Source: Mustelus asterias (Eukaryota). From it: a stretch of 64,000 nt of DNA. Position numbers and translations under genes: made by a program. Under the pieces are notes generated by a model. The model did not search any database, had not been told where the DNA came from, and was given only the letters and a program-made list of their open reading frames with translations. The stretch lies in the NCBI RefSeq assembly GCF_964213995.1, contig NC_135808.1, positions 108,810,001 to 108,874,000 of the forward strand, read 5' to 3'. Below are positions 61,584-64,000 of the stretch, piece after piece. The number at the start of each line of letters is the position of its first letter. Within the stretch, counting starts at the first letter, position 1.

Positions 61584-62333
61584 GCGCTCCTGAACATCCG
61601 TATCGACACTGAACTGAAAAGATGTTGGAAAATCAGTCTTGAGTCAAATGTAAAGAGAAAAGCTTTACTAATAACAAATTCAGGAGTTGATTGGTGAAGT
61701 GCCAACTTCTCCATTAGTCGATGTGCTATGAGATATAACTCCAATCTTCTTCCAGTGCCTGTAACTACGCAGTAAGCTGAAGGGAAAATGACCTATAACT
61801 TTCCTAACAATCAAAACATTGTGCTGTGCTGAAAGCTCTTCCTCAGGAACAATGGCTTGGATCAAGTTCAAAAATGTCATTCAAGATTACAGCAAATAAG
61901 CACAGAGTCACATTTCTTAACACTGCTGAAGGTCTTGCAGGTACGGACTAGCAGATCAGCACAATCTGTTCTGCAGGTTTAACTTCAGATCAAATTACAG
62001 ATTTTTAACATACTCGGAGAGATTCCCACAGTGTCCTGAGTAATCAGCTTTCAGCCCTTCCCAGTATATCAATGCATGAATGATATTCTCTTTGACTATG
62101 ATCATGCTGCATTATCCGTCCTTGTGTAGCCTTTGACATGGTTAACCATACTTCCCTCCTCCAAAGCCTTATTTCCTCTGTCCAGTTGGTGGGTGTGTCT
62201 CATTTGCTTCACCTTTACCGATCCACTTGTCGCACCGATTCAATTATAGCCAAAGTACCTCCAACAGTGGCTTTCATTTCCATCCCTTATCATCAGTTTA
62301 GGAATCCTTGAAGGATTCACTGTGAGGCGGCAT

Positions 62334-62636
62334 GGCGGCACAGTGATTAGCACTGCTGCCTCACAGCGCCAGGGACCCGGGTTTGATTCCCGGCTTGGAT
62401 CACTGGCTGTGCGGAGTTTGCACGTTCTCCCCGTGTCTGCGTGGGTTTCCTCCCACAGTCCAAAGGTGTGCGGGTTAGGTGGATTGGCCATGCTAAATTG
62501 CCCCTTACTGCCGGGGGACTAGCTAGGGTAAATGCATGGGGTTATGGGGATAGGGCCTGGGTGGGATTGTGGTCGGTGCAGACCTGATGGGCCGAATGGC
62601 CTCCTTCTGCACTGTAGGATTCTATGATTATTCTAT
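62334..62636 (+). mobile_element. HE1-like SINE, type A
   Basis: Homology to other copies. Confidence 0.85.
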
Positions 62637-62779
62637 GGCCTCCACCTCTAATGGTGCCCCTTAGCAGCAGCATCCAGACATAATCATCAACTTCCATGTG
62701 TACAATAATCACATCCAAGTTTCCACCACCTTTCTCAAGCCCTTTACTGCCTTTGTGGTTTGTTATCCCGTCTTTGGAT

Positions 62780-63500
62780 GAACTGTAAATGACTCCAGCG
62801 AAACATGAAAAATACCAAACCTATCCTCTTCAGCCACAAACTCTAACACTTTGTCACTGACTCTGTCCCCCTGCCTGGCCACTGTCTCAGGCTGAACCAA
62901 ACCATCTGTAACTTTACATCCATTGTGACTCAAAGCTGTGCCTTCTGGCCTCAAATCCTCTCCATTCAAAAGCCACCTACTTCTGCCATTCTGCCCCTAT
63001 CTCAGTTCATATGCCAATGTCTTTTTCATCCCTAGACCTGACTCTTCCAAACCTCTACTGGCTGTTCTCCTACCCTCCATTTGGCTCATCCAAATCTCTA
63101 GTGCCTGTCTCTTATCCCACTCCAAGGCCGGGATCTTCTGCCCCTCCTGATGCCAGGATCTTCTGGTCCTGGCAAAGTCGACGGGCATTTAACTGGATCG
63201 CTGCATCCGCTGCGGGAAAACCTGCTGCAGCAGGGCCGGAAAGTCTAGGCACAGGTATCACTCGCCCATCACCACCCGCTCCCCACATACCCCCCCACCC
63301 CCACCTCCACCCTGCGCTTTGCTGACTTACATTAGCTTCCTGTCCCCTGTCAGCAGCAATTTAAAAATTTCATTCGAGCGTGAAGATCCTTCCATTAACA
63401 TGCTCCCCAAATTCTATAATCTTCTCCAGCCCTACAACCGCCCCGCCCCAAACTCTCTGTTCTGTTGACAGTGGGCTCTTGGGCATGGCCCTCCCTTTAT
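62780..63500 (+). mobile_element. Old L2-like LINE fragments
   Basis: Degenerate TAGACCTGACTCTTCCAA and CTCCAGCCCTACAAC segments of L2 type; MITE nested at 63126. Confidence 0.45.
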
Positions 63501-64000
63501 CCTTTGGCTGACGGTTTATAGTCTGGTGGTTTATAGAAGATATGAAATCCATCTCTCCTATTTAATGAGACCTCTACTCCCCCTCTTGCACGGAAAAACT
63601 GACAGTGCCAACGAGACAAATAATCTTTCCGAGTTTATTACTCTGTAGCAGTTTTCACACAATAGCATGATTGTAAAATGGCATTCCCCAAAATGGAATT
63701 TTCGCCTTCCAAGCCAACACAGTTGCAATCCCAGAACTACGGTGACTACAAGTTAGCAACTCGAGGTAACGACCACAGTGCAGACAGCACAAGGCTTGTA
63801 AATCAATCTGTTTCTGATGCTGTCAAAATGTGAAGGTACAGCAGGAGTGATTATGGCTGTCAGCAGAACCTTGAGGTTGAATTTGAAGGCTTAGTTGATC
63901 TGTTACACATCAACCACAAATGTAAAATTTAAAAAATAAATTATCAGAGTAATTGTCGACATACACCACTGACAAGGTTATAGCTGAACAAGAGGAAAAA

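Noticed and set aside
61660-61780. Possible minus-strand exon (YCVVTGTGRRLELYLIAHRLMEKLALHQSTPEFVI); similar candidates at 26237-26467 and 41782-42018
   Set aside because: No recognisable homology, weak splice signals and no consistent exon chain; needs RNA-seq or BLASTX.
1-64000. Prokaryotic systems (CRISPR arrays, operons, retrons)
   Set aside because: The sequence is vertebrate. No regularly spaced repeat-spacer array is visible, and all RT fragments are non-LTR retrotransposon type.

Overview
Repeat-dense vertebrate genomic DNA. The mix of repeats (HE1/V-SINE-like SINEs, CR1, Rex1/Babar, Deu-type SINEs, Penelope-like elements, Harbinger relics) points to a cartilaginous fish, probably a shark; that assignment is inference. 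I can support one intact host gene: a two-exon type I membrane LRR receptor (LRRC25-like, ATG exon 21285-21312 spliced to 31475-32715, 422 aa) with a tyrosine-motif-rich tail. There is also a 5'-truncated ferritin retrocopy. Two non-coding systems stand out. (1) A 365-bp insertion (43409-43773, minus strand) with a target-site duplication (TSD). It starts with U2 snRNA 5' sequence, contains three U2 fragments, and folds into hairpins whose non-Watson-Crick pairs are G-U on the minus strand, including a 15-bp stem over the U2 branch-point-recognition region. It is a candidate U2-derived SINE or non-autonomous U2-associated retroelement. (2) A Penelope-like (GIY-YIG) family carrying a minimal hammerhead ribozyme. 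Five of its insertions (75 bp to 1.25 kb) have inverted arms, ~13-bp TSDs and the same arm asymmetry. All repeat family names come from motif recognition by eye, not database searches, and boundaries of old repeats are approximate.
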